Shown here: in pieces, positions 1 to 13,925 of the stretch | Layout: each line of letters opens with the position of its first letter | Numbering within the stretch: position 1 is the stretch's first letter | Source: Octopus vulgaris | Lineage: Eukaryota | DNA: 64,000 bases | Direction of reading: 5' to 3' | NCBI GenBank assembly: GCA_951406725.2 | Contig: OX597842.1 | Coordinates: 8,928,001 to 8,992,000, forward strand | Notes under the pieces: model-generated | The model's database searches: none | Seen by the model: the letters and a program-made list of their open reading frames with translations, nothing else | Told to the model about the DNA's origin: nothing | Translations under genes and position numbers: made by a program

Positions 1-356
1 ATCATGATGTTGACACCCTAACCACTAAGCCACGTGCCTCCACCTTGCTTATTATATTTGTCTTATTGCCAAACTGCTAAGTTACAGGGACATCAGAAGT
101 AGGTAGCACAAAGTTGGAATTTCTTTGTGTTGATAGGGATTTTTCAGATTTTTTTTTTTTTCATGGTACCCTTAGAAATGATCTGGAGCATCTTTTTTAA
201 AAAAAACTTAATTCTTTTTTATGGAGATGTACTTGCATAGCAAATGACTTGATCTGAGATCATGTTCTGAAACAAAAACAATTGCAGCATGGAAGATACT
301 TGTAAGCCATTCAAGAACACACAAACCCGTTAGTTTCACATCAACATTTAATTTTC

Positions 357-890
357 AAAAATAGAAATAACACATTTCTAAATATCTCAGAGAGATTTAT
401 GCAGTAGTGGTACGATAAAGGAGTTGTATACTGTCAACTTAATATGACAGTCCCATGAAGGGAATCATATTACTGCTGACAGGAAGCGGTGCTGCTTCCT
501 AGGGCTAAATAGCAGTAGTATGATTCCCTTCATGGGACTGTCACATTAAGTTGACAGTATACAACTACTTTATCGTACCACTACTGCATAAATCTCTCTG
601 ACAGATTTAGAAATGTGTTATTTCTATTTTTGTAATCAGTGGATTTATTTCACTAGAATTCTTATGTTTGCAAAGGCTACACAGGCATCTCCAACTAGCA
701 GGCCATGTTACACCAGACTGATGATGAGCAATGACTCAGAAACTAGTCTCTGGATGCTGGCTTAGCTGGGTGGGGGTGATTATCTCCCCCTTGCAAACAT
801 AAGGACATAGGAAATGTATCAAGGCTGACAGGAAGCATTGCTGCTCCCTAGGGCTAAATAGCAGTAGTATTATTCCTTTCATGGGACTGA
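357..890. mobile_element. Penelope-like pLTR-derived foldback element
   Basis: About 120-bp inverted repeat (357-477 / 511-630), hammerhead at 713, direct repeat of the loop segment at 825-889. Confidence 0.6.
713..753 (+). ncRNA. Minimal type I hammerhead ribozyme (Penelope-type)
   Basis: ccaga CTGATGA tgag-caatga-ctca GAAA ctag TC tctgg: intact core, helices I and II, palindromic helix III, GUC site. Confidence 0.8.
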
Positions 891-1305
891 TTTCAGTTGA
901 TTTTGTGGACACTATGCACAGTGAATATTTTGTGGGGCATTATGCACTTAAAAACTGTAGAAGAGGCCTTTTAGGTAAAAAGAAAAATAATAATAAAAAA
1001 AAAGTAGCTATTTTCAAACAAAAAGGTGTGTGATTAAAGAGATATTTGACTGTTGTTTCTAGCATATCCTTTCTGGCTGAAACAGCCTCTGGCTCTGTAG
1101 TACAAACGTCTTGTTATAAGTTTTGAATTAAAATCTTCCACCAAACCCTAGTCACAATTTATGTTCCTAACACTAGCTTAATGATAACTAAGTTATTTTA
1201 CTAAATTCTTTGTTATATTTAAAGTAATTGAAAGAAACACAGAACATCTAAAAAAAAATACAGTAACGAAAGGGTTAAAATATATAATAGAGAAACAATT
1301 CTTAA

Positions 1306-1525
1306 CCCTTTTGATACCAACCCCACTGAAACTGGCTCTGGCTCTGAGCACAAATGTTTTGTTTTCATAAGTTTTCAATTAAAATCTTCCACCAAACCTT
1401 AGTCACAATTTATGTTCCTAACACTAGCTTAATGATAAGTAAGTTATTTTACTAAATTCTTTGTTATATTTAAAGTAATTGAAAGAAACACAGAGCCTCT
1501 CAAAATAAATACAGTAACGAAAGGG
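1306..1525 (+). mobile_element. piggyBac-type MITE (truncated copy about 1070-1274)
   Basis: TTAA|CCCTTT...AAAGGG|TTAA termini. Confidence 0.8.
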
Positions 1526-1599
1526 TTAAAGTAATCTAAATTAAAAAACTTCAATCAAAATTTTCATGTTGGTTTATGTTCCAAACACCAGCTTAATAA

Positions 1600-1807
1600 T
1601 CATTTCTACTGAAGGCAGACGGCCTCGAAATTTTGGGGGGAGGGGACTAGTGAATTACATCAGCCCCAGTATTTCACTGCTACTTAATTTATCGACCCCC
1701 GAAAGGCAAAGTCGACCTCGGTGGAATTTGAACTCAGAACATAGCGGCAGACGAAATGCTGCTAAGCATTTCGCCCTGTATGCTAACGCTTCTGCCAGTA
1801 CGCTGCC
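1600..1807 (-). mobile_element. tRNA-derived SINE (MetaSINE-like core)
   Basis: Reverse complement of ctggcagaa...gttctgagttcaaattcc..gaggtcgactttgcctttc..ggggtcgataaattaagta; many copies in window. Confidence 0.75.
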
Positions 1808-1811
1808 TTAA

Positions 1812-2031
1812 CCCTTTTGTTACTGTATTTATTTTGAGATGTTCTGTGTTTCTTTCAATTATTTTAAATATAACAAAGAATTTATTAAAATAACTTGGTT
1901 ATCATTCAGCTAGTGTTTGGAACATAAATTGTGACTAAGGTTTGGTGGAAGATTTTAATTCAAAACTTATGAAAATAAGACATTTGTATCCAGAGCCAGA
2001 GACGGTTTCAGCCGGGTTGGTAATGAAAGGG
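1812..2031 (-). mobile_element. piggyBac-type MITE, inverted copy of 1306-1525
   Basis: TTAA flanks; reverse complement of the upstream copy. Confidence 0.8.
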
Positions 2032-2201
2032 TTAAATACCAGCTTAATAATGAGTTATAATAGCTAAATTTTTCATTAGTTTTAAAATTATTTGAAACAA
2101 AGGCTTTATATTTCAGTACAAATATGCTTGCCAAAGGTTTAATTATCTAAATTCCAATTAGACTTTAATTATAAAATTCTCATCCGTCTTTCCGTCCACA
2201 G

Positions 2202-2313
2202 ATTTCTTCGTATTCTGGAGTTGATCGTACAAGAACCCGGATCTGCCTTTAAAGCCTTCCTGCCCAGCATCATATCAGTGTGCATGGATCAGATCTACCC
2301 GGTGGTGGCTCAG
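2202..2313 (+). CDS. XPO6: Exportin-6 internal coding exon (gene starts upstream of window)
   Basis: cag acceptor / gtaaga donor; FLRILELIVQEPGSAFKAFLPSIISVCMDQIYPVVAQ matches the C-terminal region of vertebrate XPO6 as I recall it (FLKILQVVVQEPG..FLPSII.LCMEQVYP). Confidence 0.93.
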
Positions 2314-2936
2314 GTAAGAAAGACTATATCACCCATCATTATCCCTCGGCTTGTATGTGTTGGTGGTTAGGGTGTTACACTTGTGATTGGGTGATTGCGG
2401 TTTCGATTCTTGAACCGGGTGATAATTCATCATCATCATCATTTAGTGTCCATTTCCCATGCTGGCATGGGTTGGATGGTTTGACTTAGAGCTGACCAGT
2501 TGAATACTCTTGTGTTTATGAATGAGAAAGGAAGGGGTGATAGATGAATAAGGAAGGAATGGGTGATGTCATACTTGGTAGTGGGATGATGAAAATTGTA
2601 CGCTGAAAAAAATAAATCAAACAGCATTCCAACTCTGTGTGAATATATGTGTGTTTATGTAAAAGAGGGGTATGTGAATGTGTGTGCACACGCAATGGAA
2701 GTGGGATGGTTCTTCTTTCTTCGCTTAGTATTTGGGTTTATTTTTCGATTTGACTGAATCTTGGTTGGCTTTTTTTTTTGTTGGTCAGTTTTTTTTAGCG
2801 TTTTAAAGGAAAAAAGTCATTCTAAAATTGTCTTTTAACGTGAGTGTGCCCAAACAAATCAAATGCTTACACAGAGCAGGTTTTACAGCCAGCCACATAA
2901 TCCAAACTGACCGGGTGAAACTGGGCTTAGCTGCTA

Positions 2937-2970
<34 letters not shown>

Positions 2971-3484
2971 TTGTTTCAGTCATTTGCGGCTTACACTTAA
3001 TCATACATTCAAACACATATACAGCTATAAGTTGTTGTTTGTTCCTTCTCAAGCCATGACTGGCTCATAAGGGCCAGTTTCTCAGTTTCCTTGGCGTATA
3101 GGTTCCCCACTTTGACGGGACCCCAGTCCGTCGCAGGTGAGCTGCAAGATGCACGAGGAAAGAGTGAGAGAAAGTTGTGGCAAAAATGTCAGAAGTTCAC
3201 CATTACCTTCTGCCGGAGCCGCGTGGAGCTTAGGTATTTCACTCATAAACTCACACATCGCCCAGTCTGAAATTCGAACCTGCGATCCCTCGACCGTGAG
3301 TCCACTGCTCTAACCACTAGGTCATGTGCTTCCACCCAACAGCTATAAGTGAATACACATATATAAACATTCACACACACAACACACAAACATAAACCTG
3401 TACAGAAACACACAAATGTATATACACAGGCATAGGCATATGTATCTCTCCATCTCTCACATCTGTCATCTCCCTCTATTTCAG

Positions 3485-3643
3485 CGTCCTTCGCCTGACA
3501 TCAAAGCAATGCTGTACAAATTGTTATTTGAGTTTTTCCTCAACAACTGGCGTTACTATTTCAAGGGTAGCCTGTTATCCACCCTCAATAACCAGAACAG
3601 TGAGATGATGGAGAACAGTGCACAGTTTATTGCCATTATGCAG
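3485..3643 (+). CDS. XPO6: Exportin-6 coding exon
   Basis: tcag/gtaaga, phase 0-0; RPSPDIKAMLYKLLFEFFLNNWRYYFKG...MENSAQFIAIMQ. Confidence 0.95.
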
Positions 3644-3868
3644 GTAAGATGTGCAGCTGCACATTAGATGCAGCAGTGTTTTTTTATCTTTTTATTTTTT
3701 GTTCTTTTTTCAGTCATTGGTCTGGTCATACTGGGGTACTGCCTTGAAGAGTTTTAGTCAGACAAATCAATGCCAATACTTATCTTATATATACCTCACT
3801 CTCTCTCTCCCCCCTCTGTCTTTCTCTCTCTCTCTCTCTCTCACTCTATATATATATATATATATATC

Positions 3869-4204
3869 TGGGATCCCCTTCGGTCACGACACTGACCATG
3901 GGATTGCACCTAGAAAGTTACCCTCCTAGACACAAGTCCGGGCGAGGTTGTTTTTTATGGAAGGCCAGCAGTCGCCTATGCATACTGGCCTCCCCTCTCC
4001 ACGCCACCAGTGTTATCCAAGGGAAAGGCAAAGGGGCCGATACAGCTTGGCATCAGTGATGTCACAACTCATTTCTACAGCTGAGTGAACTGGAGCAACG
4101 TGAAATAAAGTGTCTTGCTCAAGAACACAACACGCAGCCCGGTCCGGGATTCAAGCTCACAATCTCACGATCATAAGCTCGACGCTCTAACCACTGAGCC
4201 ATGC
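3869..4204 (-). mobile_element. tRNA-derived SINE; + strand copy at about 42953-43287
   Basis: A box tggctcagtggttagagc, B-box-like region, body shared with the 42953 copy. Confidence 0.75.
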
Positions 4205-4473
4205 TGATAATCATATCAAAGGGAAATGGAATTTAATTAAATTTAAAATATTCAATCAAAATTTACATTTCCAGTGGTCTAACGTGCAAAAAAAATTAGT
4301 CAAGAAGACTATATATTAGTCATACGATATAGTGTATATTTAAAGACATAAGGAATCAATTTATAGGGAATTCAACATGCTAGAAAGAACAGCTAGGTTC
4401 TGTAAACCACAAAAATAACGGATAAAATTCAACAGGAATAAATTTGGAAATGAAAAACATTTACCATCTAGTA

Positions 4474-4549
4474 CCCTGGACCAATTGGTTTCTGATCATC
4501 TTTTAGCGAGTCAAGGGGAACTCACAAGGTCTGATTTTCTTCAGCAAGG
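4474..4549 (-). ncRNA. Hammerhead motif with damaged helix II base
   Basis: Minus strand ccttg CTGAAGA aaatca...tgatca GAAA ccaattgg TC caggg. Confidence 0.6.
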
Positions 4550-5216
4550 TCCAACCTAGGGTTAAACATATCCAACACAAGACAATATATATATTGATTG
4601 GTTGAAATTACCGAAATAGGCCTACTTTAACGTGAAATTACATCGTAATTATAAGTTTTTCTCAAAAATGCTAAGAGTAAAACATGTTTTATATGACACA
4701 TTCTACCAGTGTCAGAAGTTTGAAAGTGTTTAGTTACAAAAAATTATTTTTAAAAATCTGTAGGTCAAAAGGTAAAGATCCACTACTACTACTACTACTA
4801 CTACTACTAGTAATAGTAGTAGTATGTGTGAGGACCAGCATGTCAAAGAATGTTCTGTCATAGCACATGACCTCATACTACCACCACTACTACTACTCCT
4901 ACTACTACCATCCATGTACAGTTGCAACCATCATTACCATTACTATCACCATCTCTGATACTACCACCAACACTATCACAGCTACCACTGCCATTGTCAC
5001 CACTACAAACACCATCGTTAAAATCACCACCATCACTATTGTCATCATTATTACGGCTACTATCACCACCACCATCATGATGCTGATGGTAATCATCATA
5101 ATGATGGTGGTGGTGGTGGTGGTTCTCAGGGTTGCCACCACCACCACCCTCACCATTTTACCATTCTTTGTATCTAATGTTCTTCCTCTTGTATCCGTTG
5201 CTGTTCTCCTTGCCAG

Positions 5217-5315
5217 GCGTTTGGTCAATCATTCCTCCAGCCAGATATTGCTCTGTTCCGACAGAACCTCGAATCTTTGGAAACGCTCAACACCAAATGG
5301 AAACTCTACCACAAG
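5217..5315 (+). CDS. XPO6: Exportin-6 coding exon
   Basis: ccag/gtaaga, phase 0-0; AFGQSFLQPDIALFRQNLESLETLNTKWKLYHK. Confidence 0.95.
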
Positions 5316-5794
5316 GTAAGAAGCACTTCTCTAAGAAGTACCTCCGATCGAGGTACCCTGATCTGGCACTATTGGAGTGCCGGGTTGGGTACCGGTGGGG
5401 TGGAAAATTGTAAAATAAAAGTAAGAGGATGAGTGCCTCATATTGAAAGGGTATATGGCCCCATAAGAAAAAATTGTAAGAGGCCAAGTGCTTCATTTCA
5501 AGGACAGGGGGTCATTTGAAGTAAGAGGCTTAATGCCTCATTGTAAGGACCTTGGGTTCAAAGGAAATATTGGTAAGAGGTTTATTGCCTCAGATTGTAA
5601 GTTCACAAAAGAACAATGTTTTAAAGAAGTAAAGATCGGCGGCAGGCATCGTTTGCCTTCTCTCATTAACATCATCCTGTTCATCATTCATCTCATCTCA
5701 TTAATGTCTTTGTCCAGCCCGCAGCTTCTTCATCTGTGTACGGCTTTCATAGCCAATTTAATGAAATAAAGAAGCACATCTCTACATACAGGCT

Positions 5795-5854
<60 letters not shown>

Positions 5855-7074
5855 GGGAATAAATCCAAACTTACAGGGAAAAATTAGATTTAGGATTAAA
5901 TCCAATTTTACAGTATAAATATATATATATTAAATTAGAGATAAAACCACTATTAGGCAATTTAAATTTTGAATTTTATATTTTATATATTTTGTATATT
6001 ATATTAATTTTATTTCTATGTTTTGGTTTATGTTTTTCACTGTTTGATTTGCCTAATAGTGGTTTTATCTCTAATTTAATAAATAAATATATATATATAT
6101 ATATCGTTGGAAGTGTTTTATTGTGTGTCCGATAATTTATTTGGTTTCTTCTTGACCACTTCTTCCCCAGTCAAACTGACCTCTCTTGTGCTTGTGCCAT
6201 GTAAAAAGCACTAAGTCTACTCTGCTGAGTGGTTGATGATAGGAAGGGAATCCAGCCGTAAAAAACCTGTCAAAACAGTCACAGACGTCTGGTGCAGGCT
6301 TCGACCTGGCCGGCTCTTGTGGTACCATCTATTTCTTTACTACCCACAAGGGGTTAAACACAGAGGGGACAAACAAGGAGAGACAAATGGATTAAGTCGA
6401 TTACATTGACCCCAGTGCATCACTGGTACTTAATTTATCGACCCCGAAAGGATGAAAGGCAAAACCGACCTCAGCAGAATTTGAACTCAGAACGCAGCAG
6501 CAGACGAAATACCATAAAGCATTTCGCCTGGCGTGCTAATGTTTCTGCCAGCTCACCGCCTTAGTGGTACCATCCTACCCATGCTAGCATAGAAGGCAGA
6601 CGTTAAACGATGATGATGTGTGTACAGGTGCTGGTGCCACATAAAAAAGCACCCAGGACATCGTGTAAAATGGGTGGCTAGCATTAGGAGAGGCGTCCAG
6701 TCATAGAAACCATGCCAAAATAGATGGTAAAGTCTGGTACAGTTTTCTGTGTAACCAGCACCTGCTAAACTGTCTAACCCATACCAGCATGGAAAACATG
6801 ACACCTGTGCAGGTGGCACGTAAAAAGCACCCACTACACTCTGAGTGGTTGGCGTTAGAAAAGGCATCCAACTGTAGAAACTCTGCCAGATCAGACTGGA
6901 GCCTGGTGCAGCCTTTTGGCTTCCCAGATCCCCGGTCGAACCGTCCAACCCATGCTAGCATGGAGAATGGACGTTAGACAATGATGATGATGATAACGAT
7001 GATGATGGTATATCCATCTCTTGTCTTTTTCTGTCTTTAATTAATTGTCTTTGTATTCTCTTCTCCATTTCCAG

Positions 7075-7305
7075 AAGGTATTCCGGGAAGCTTTGCTCTA
7101 CCAATTCCTCAACGTGTTTATCCAGGTCCTGTTACAGAAGTCCCACGACCTCCTCCAGGAAGAGATAGCCATCAGTGTGTACAACATGGCCTCTGTAGAC
7201 TTCGATAACTTCTACACCCAGTTCTTGCCAAACTTTCTCAACGGCTGCGATGGGCTTGCGGCCGACCAGAGGACCGTGCTAGGACAGAATTTCAAAATGG
7301 ATAAA
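7075..7305 (+). CDS. XPO6: Exportin-6 coding exon
   Basis: ccag/gtaagt, phase 0-0; KVFREALLYQFLNV...KSHDLLQEEIAISVYNMASVDFD...GQNFKMDK. Confidence 0.95.
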
Positions 7306-7932
7306 GTAAGTTGAGTTGAATGGAGTGAGGTCCAACGAAAATTGAGGGCAATTTATCGATTGTTTTTAGCAGTTTAGAGGCTCCATTACTATCGTCACAA
7401 CCATTATAACCATTGTTGCTACTACCACTATCATCAGCATTGTCATAACTATGACAGACTTTGTCATCACAACCACCATCACCATTGGTATTGCTATAGT
7501 AACCAGCAGCATCACCACAACCAAAACAACTATCTTAATTGCCACCACTACCACAACAACAACCACTGTCATCACCACCATACTACTACTACCATACCTT
7601 GAGCAACTGTCATCACCATAACCTCTGCCACTACCAGCACCACTGTCATCATCATCACAATCACTACCACCATCACCCTATCAGTACAATCATTACTATT
7701 ACCATCATCATCATCAACACTATTACCATCAACACCATCACCATCGCTCTAATTTCTCTCTCTCTCTCTCTTATTCACTGACTCTCATTTATTTACACAC
7801 ATGCATTCTACTTCACGTACAAACAAATCAACTCTCACACGTTCTCTGTCCCTCGCTACCTCACTCAGTCTGTTTTGTCTCTCCCTATCTCTCTCTCTAT
7901 TATTCACTGACTCTCATTTATTGAAGCACACA

Positions 7933-7979
<47 letters not shown>

Positions 7980-8898
7980 TATCTTTCTCATTCTGACACA
8001 CCAACTCCCATACACTATCTTATGCACCCTTTGTCATAAACTCACAATCTCTATCCTTTACTGCCTAACTCATTCTGTCGAGTCTCTCTCTCTCATTTAT
8101 TAACACACACACACGGTCTCTCATTGATTGACTTTCTTTTATTGACACACACTTGCTCTTTCTAACGCTCACTTTCACAGACACTGACACACATGCGTTC
8201 TGCTTTACATACAAACACACTAACTCTTACACACTTTCTTATGCACCCTCTGTTACACACTCGCAATCTCTATCCCTCACTGCCTCACTCAGTCTCTCTA
8301 GTCACTCCATTTCTCATTCATTAACACACACACACACACACACACACACATTCACTCATTCTCTCTCTCTCTTTCACACATACACACATATTCTGCCTTA
8401 GACACATCAACTCTCACACACTATCTTATGCACACTCAATCATGCACTCACATATTCTGTCCCTCACAGCCTCTCTCAATCTAATCTCTCTTTCTCTCAC
8501 TCTTGTTCATTGACACACACACACACATACTGTCTTTGTTTCACACTCTCTTACATATACACACACTTACTCTTTCTCATACCCTCTTTCATACTGACAC
8601 ACCAACTCTCACACACTATCTTGTGCACCCTTTGACATGCACTTACACACGCCATCCCTCATTACTTCACTCACCCTATCTAGTCTCTCTCTCTCTCTCT
8701 TTCTCTCTTCATTAGTCACTGACTCTTTCATGTATTCACATACATTCTGATTTATATACTACACACCATCTCTCTCTCACTATCTTACACACCCTCTGTC
8801 ACACATTCACAATCTCTATCCCTCTCTGCCTCACTCATTTTGTCTAGTTTCTCTCTCACATTCATTAACATACACTCTCTCTCATTCACTAACACACA

Positions 8899-8944
<46 letters not shown>

Positions 8945-9106
8945 CATTGACTCTCATTTATTGGAAATCACACACTCACTCTTTCTCACACCCTCTTTCA
9001 TACAGACACACAACTCTCACACACTATCTTATGCACCCTTTGTCACAAACTCACAACCTCTGTCCCTCGCTGTCTCACTGACACTCTTTGATCTTTCTCT
9101 CCACAG

Positions 9107-9208
9107 GACATGCCCTCTTTCACCCAGAGTGTTAACCGATTTGTCAATGACCTCCGCTACTATCGTCTCATCAACAGCAGTTTGCCAGCCGGCTCCTTCA
9201 AGTTTTGA
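9107..9208 (+). CDS. XPO6: Exportin-6 last coding exon with TGA stop
   Basis: acag acceptor; DMPSFTQSVNRFVNDLRYYRLINSSLPAGSFKF*, matching the XPO6 C-terminus. Confidence 0.95.
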   Translation, partial: DMPSFTQSVNRFVNDLRYYRLINSSLPAGSFKF

Positions 9209-9823
9209 ACCCACAACCAAGCCGACTGTCACCGGACTGTTTAATTAATTAATTAACTAAACTAAAATGACCACCTCCTCTCATTCACATACAAATCTAC
9301 TCCACTGGAATGGACATACCTGCTGCCAAAAACTCACATGGATTCAACAGAAGCACTAAAGCTTATTGGTCCCAACATGCCTGATCTTGGTGTATGTGGG
9401 TCGCCAGAGAGAGGGAGAGAGAGCGTGGTCGACCTCTTTGTGACCTTTACATGCGGTGACCTTTCGCCTTTGTCTGCCTCATTTGGGGTCGACCTCAGAA
9501 AGGTCACCTCCGCCATGACCTTTTGCTATAATTACTGCCGAATTCTTGTACTGACTCCAAATCTATGCCTGTCTGCTCCCCCATATCTCCAACACCCCAT
9601 TTGTCCTCCACCCCTCCTTCTTGTCCCTCTCCCCCTGTCCCAGTGGTGTTCTGGTGTCTGCCCGGGTGACCTCTTGTGTACTACTCACATAATCAATGTT
9701 ATTTCCATTTGATTGTGCATGTGTGTGTGTATAAATATATATATATAATATATATGTGTACACACATATATATATAGTCATACGCACATACATACATACA
9801 CACACACATATATAGATATATGC

Positions 9824-9854
<31 letters not shown>

Positions 9855-11310
9855 TACACACAAACATATATATACATACACACATATATATATATATACA
9901 CATACATACATACATATACACACACATATATAGATAGATATATGTATATATATATATGCATATATATATATATATATACACATATATATATACATACATA
10001 CATATATATACATACCTATATATATATATACACACACATATATATACACATACATACATACACACACACACACATATATATATAATATATCCTGCTGTCT
10101 ACCAGACCAGTCACCTGTCCTCACCCATCCCCCCGGACTTTTAGTTGCCCCACCCCCCACTTGTGTTGCAAAGAGCTCACAGCACCTGAGAACAAGATCC
10201 TTTCATTGCCCTTCTCTCCTCCCCCCTCCCAATTATCGGGTACGACAAGGAACAGAAAATTTTGTGCTTTTTTTTACACTGCTGCACCCGAGGGCACACC
10301 TCGTCCCCTATCCTAGCTACCCCTTCAGTTTCCAACTAACTTCTGCTGTCTGGCTGAATGGCGACATCTGTCTGCTTGGTGTCCCATGTTGTCTGTGTGC
10401 CCTTCCTGTCCCATCCTGTCCCCATGTCCTCTCCTGTCCAACTGACATACCTTCCGCTTGGTCTGCTCTCCAGAGATATTTACGTCTGTGGGCCCAGTCA
10501 TATACATTGACAACAACGTATATATATGTATGTATGTATATATGTATATATGTGTATATGTATGTATATGTATATATATATATGTGTGTGTGTGTGTGTA
10601 TATATATATGTATATATATACATACATATACACATATACATGTATATGTGTAAGTATATATGTATGCATGTATATGTATGTATGTATATATATATGTGTG
10701 CATGTGTATGTACATTACATATACACACAATGTATATATATATATGCTTGTGTGTGTATATATATATATAAAGAGAGAGAGAGATTTCAGGTTAGCACAT
10801 CCTGAATTGATACAGGAGTATCATGCCAAGAGACCTCATCCTACATCAACACCAGAGCACCCCACTCCACTCCACTCCAAAACATAAACCCACATAACCG
10901 TACCCTCCCTCTATCACCACAACCAACCGGCCCCTGCCTCTCATCCTCACTGCCCTGTAACGACCCACCTCTCATTCTCTGGTCGTCATCAGATGACACG
11001 ATAATGCAACAGGGTGCCATGTGCTCCTGTTTGTAGGCAGTACTTGCCTTTAGAGTACCACTGCAGTATTGAATGATTGCAATGTCCCCCTTCCAGGGCA
11101 GCTCGCCCTCCAGAAATACTAGTCAAACACCTACAAAGATTCTTCTTCGTCTTTTCATTATCATCGTCGTCGTCACCATCCTTTGATGTCCGGTGTGCTT
11201 TGCATGAGAGCTCAGACGGAATTTGTTGAGGCATGTTTTTGTATGACTGGATGCTTTCCCTGTCGTCAGCTGTCATCTGCTTCTAAGGAAATGTATTACA
11301 CAGACAAACA

Positions 11311-11344
<34 letters not shown>

Positions 11345-11529
11345 TACACATGTGGTGTGTGTGTGTGCATATATATATGTGCATATGTATACATATATAT
11401 GTGCATATGTATACATATATATGTATGTATGAATATATATGTATATGTATGCATATGTGTGTGTATATATATATATGTGTGTGTGTGTATGAATATATAT
11501 ATGTATGTATCAATATGTATATGTATGCA

Positions 11530-11562
<33 letters not shown>

Positions 11563-11649
11563 ATGTATGTATACATATGTATATGTATGCATATGTATAT
11601 ATATGTATGTGTGTATGTATTAATATGTATGTATCTATAGGTATCTATC

Positions 11650-11695
<46 letters not shown>

Positions 11696-11702
11696 TGTAT
11701 GT

Positions 11703-11739
<37 letters not shown>

Positions 11740-11741
11740 AT

Positions 11742-11845
<104 letters not shown>

Positions 11846-11944
11846 ATATATATATGTATGTATGTATATAATGTATGTATATTATGTATATATATTATGT
11901 ATGTATATCTCTGTGAGTGTATATATCTGTGTGTGTGTGTGTAC

Positions 11945-11980
<36 letters not shown>

Positions 11981-13530
11981 GATCATCATTATCATTGTAT
12001 TAATGTCCACTTTTGTATGTTTACATGGGTCAGTTGATGTTTTATTTCTCCTCCTTGGCCCCTGTTGCCCTTCCTGTCACCAATCCACTCCCCCATGTCC
12101 AATCAAATTAATATTTAATCATCGATTGACCCTAGTCTTCAGAGTGAAAACTCAGATAAAAGGCTTAAATGGCTGGTGTTAGCGATGGAGTACGGTGCCA
12201 GGTGGATTTATAACCATCTGTAAAAGACCTAGGTATACTCAGCCACTTAGATTTTCATACGATGAATATGTCAATCAGTTAATCAAATCACTGAACAGTC
12301 ATCGTTGGAACTGATGGATATCACCATTGTTTATTTGATATCAGCTTTTCTATGCTTTCATGGGTCGTATGGAAGTTGCCGAGGCAAATTTTCCTACAGC
12401 TGGATGCCTTCCCTGTCATCAACCTTTCACCTGTTTGCAAACCAGGTAATATTCCCCGCCGTGGCTAGATATGTCTTTGGAGAATATTGGAAACAAACGA
12501 CACTGCTTGTATGACAGTGACACTCGTTTACGATTATCATATACCAAGATGAGGACACACAAACACACACGTATGCATCGGCGTCATCATCATCATTCAG
12601 TGTTTTAAATCCAGGTTTTGTCCCCGTGAACGGGGGTGGCCAGATCTACCTCAAATGCCATAGCAACTGAAGCAGGTAGGTGCAGCCCACCCCAACCTTT
12701 GGGCTGGCTGGTGCCCATTCTCCTTTGCTATCATGTGGCTTTTTTGGAGCTGGATTTTCTACAGGGAGCATGCCCTTGCTTACCCTCAACCTCAGTTTCT
12801 AGACACAAGTGGTCCCGAGATCAAGGCCTCTACCACGATTTTAAAGAAATATGGTGGAAAATTAGCTCAAGAAGGCATGGGTACTACTCCCTGAGACCCC
12901 TTTCGGAGCGCCCCTACCTACATATATCTTTTATATATATTTTATTGGTTTCAACCAGAGACTGAAGCTATCTGTTTTAAGTTCAAAAGAACTAGGTCAG
13001 GCCCCTCATACCTACCCTGCAGTGTCATTCTAAAAATAAACAATCCCATCATTGAAATCTCAGAGCTGTGAGATAATGCTTGATTAATTCAAAACAATAC
13101 ATATAAATAAGCATTACATTTCACTGAGCAATCTGAATCTGTAAGGGTTAAACTGGTCATGTCCAGCCCCTGTTTCTCACTGTTGTAGGTTCGAACTGAC
13201 CAGATCTGGCTTTTCTTACCTTCCATATAATGCCATTCTAAAAATAAACAATCCCATCATCGAAATATCAAAGCTATGAGATAATCCATGGTTAATTCAA
13301 AGCAGTGTGAATAAATATATATCCATTTGATAATCTGAATGTTCAAGGGTTGAAATTAGAATATATATACATTTGTTCAGACTGGTTTCAACTGGAAGAA
13401 ACCGGATTAAATTAGAATACACTGAAGCAGGCTGGTTTAAATTAGTATACAGTGGGTCAGACTAGATTAAACTGGAAAACATTGGAACAGGTCGGATTAA
13501 ATCTGGTTATGTCTGTAACATATTGGATTA

Positions 13531-13925
13531 CTCTTTTACTTGTTTCAGTCATTTGACTGTGGCCATGCTGGAGCACCACCTTTATAGTCGAGCAGATTGA
13601 CCCCAGGACTTATTTTTTGTCAGCCTAGTACTTATTCTGTCGGTCTCTTTTGCTGAACTGCTGAGTGACGGGAACGTAAACACACCAGCATCGGTTGTCA
13701 AGCGATGTTTGGGCGACAAACACAGACACACAAACACGTACACACACACACACATATATATATATACAACGGGCTTCTTTCAGTTTCCATCTACCAAATC
13801 CGCTCACAAGGCTTTGGTTGGCCTGAGGTTATAGTAGAAAACACTTGCTCAAGGTCACACGCAGTGGGATTGAACCCAGAGCCATGTGGTTGGGAAGCAA
13901 GCTTCTTACCACACAGCCACTCCTA
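13531..13925 (-). mobile_element. Abundant SINE (cagtcaaatgactgaaacaagtaaaagag tail family)
   Basis: Near-identical to copies at 50873, 53237, 57322, 62846. Confidence 0.8.

Noticed and set aside
7072-7077. CAGAAG tandem acceptor in XPO6
   Set aside because: Would change one Lys only; common and unsupported without transcripts
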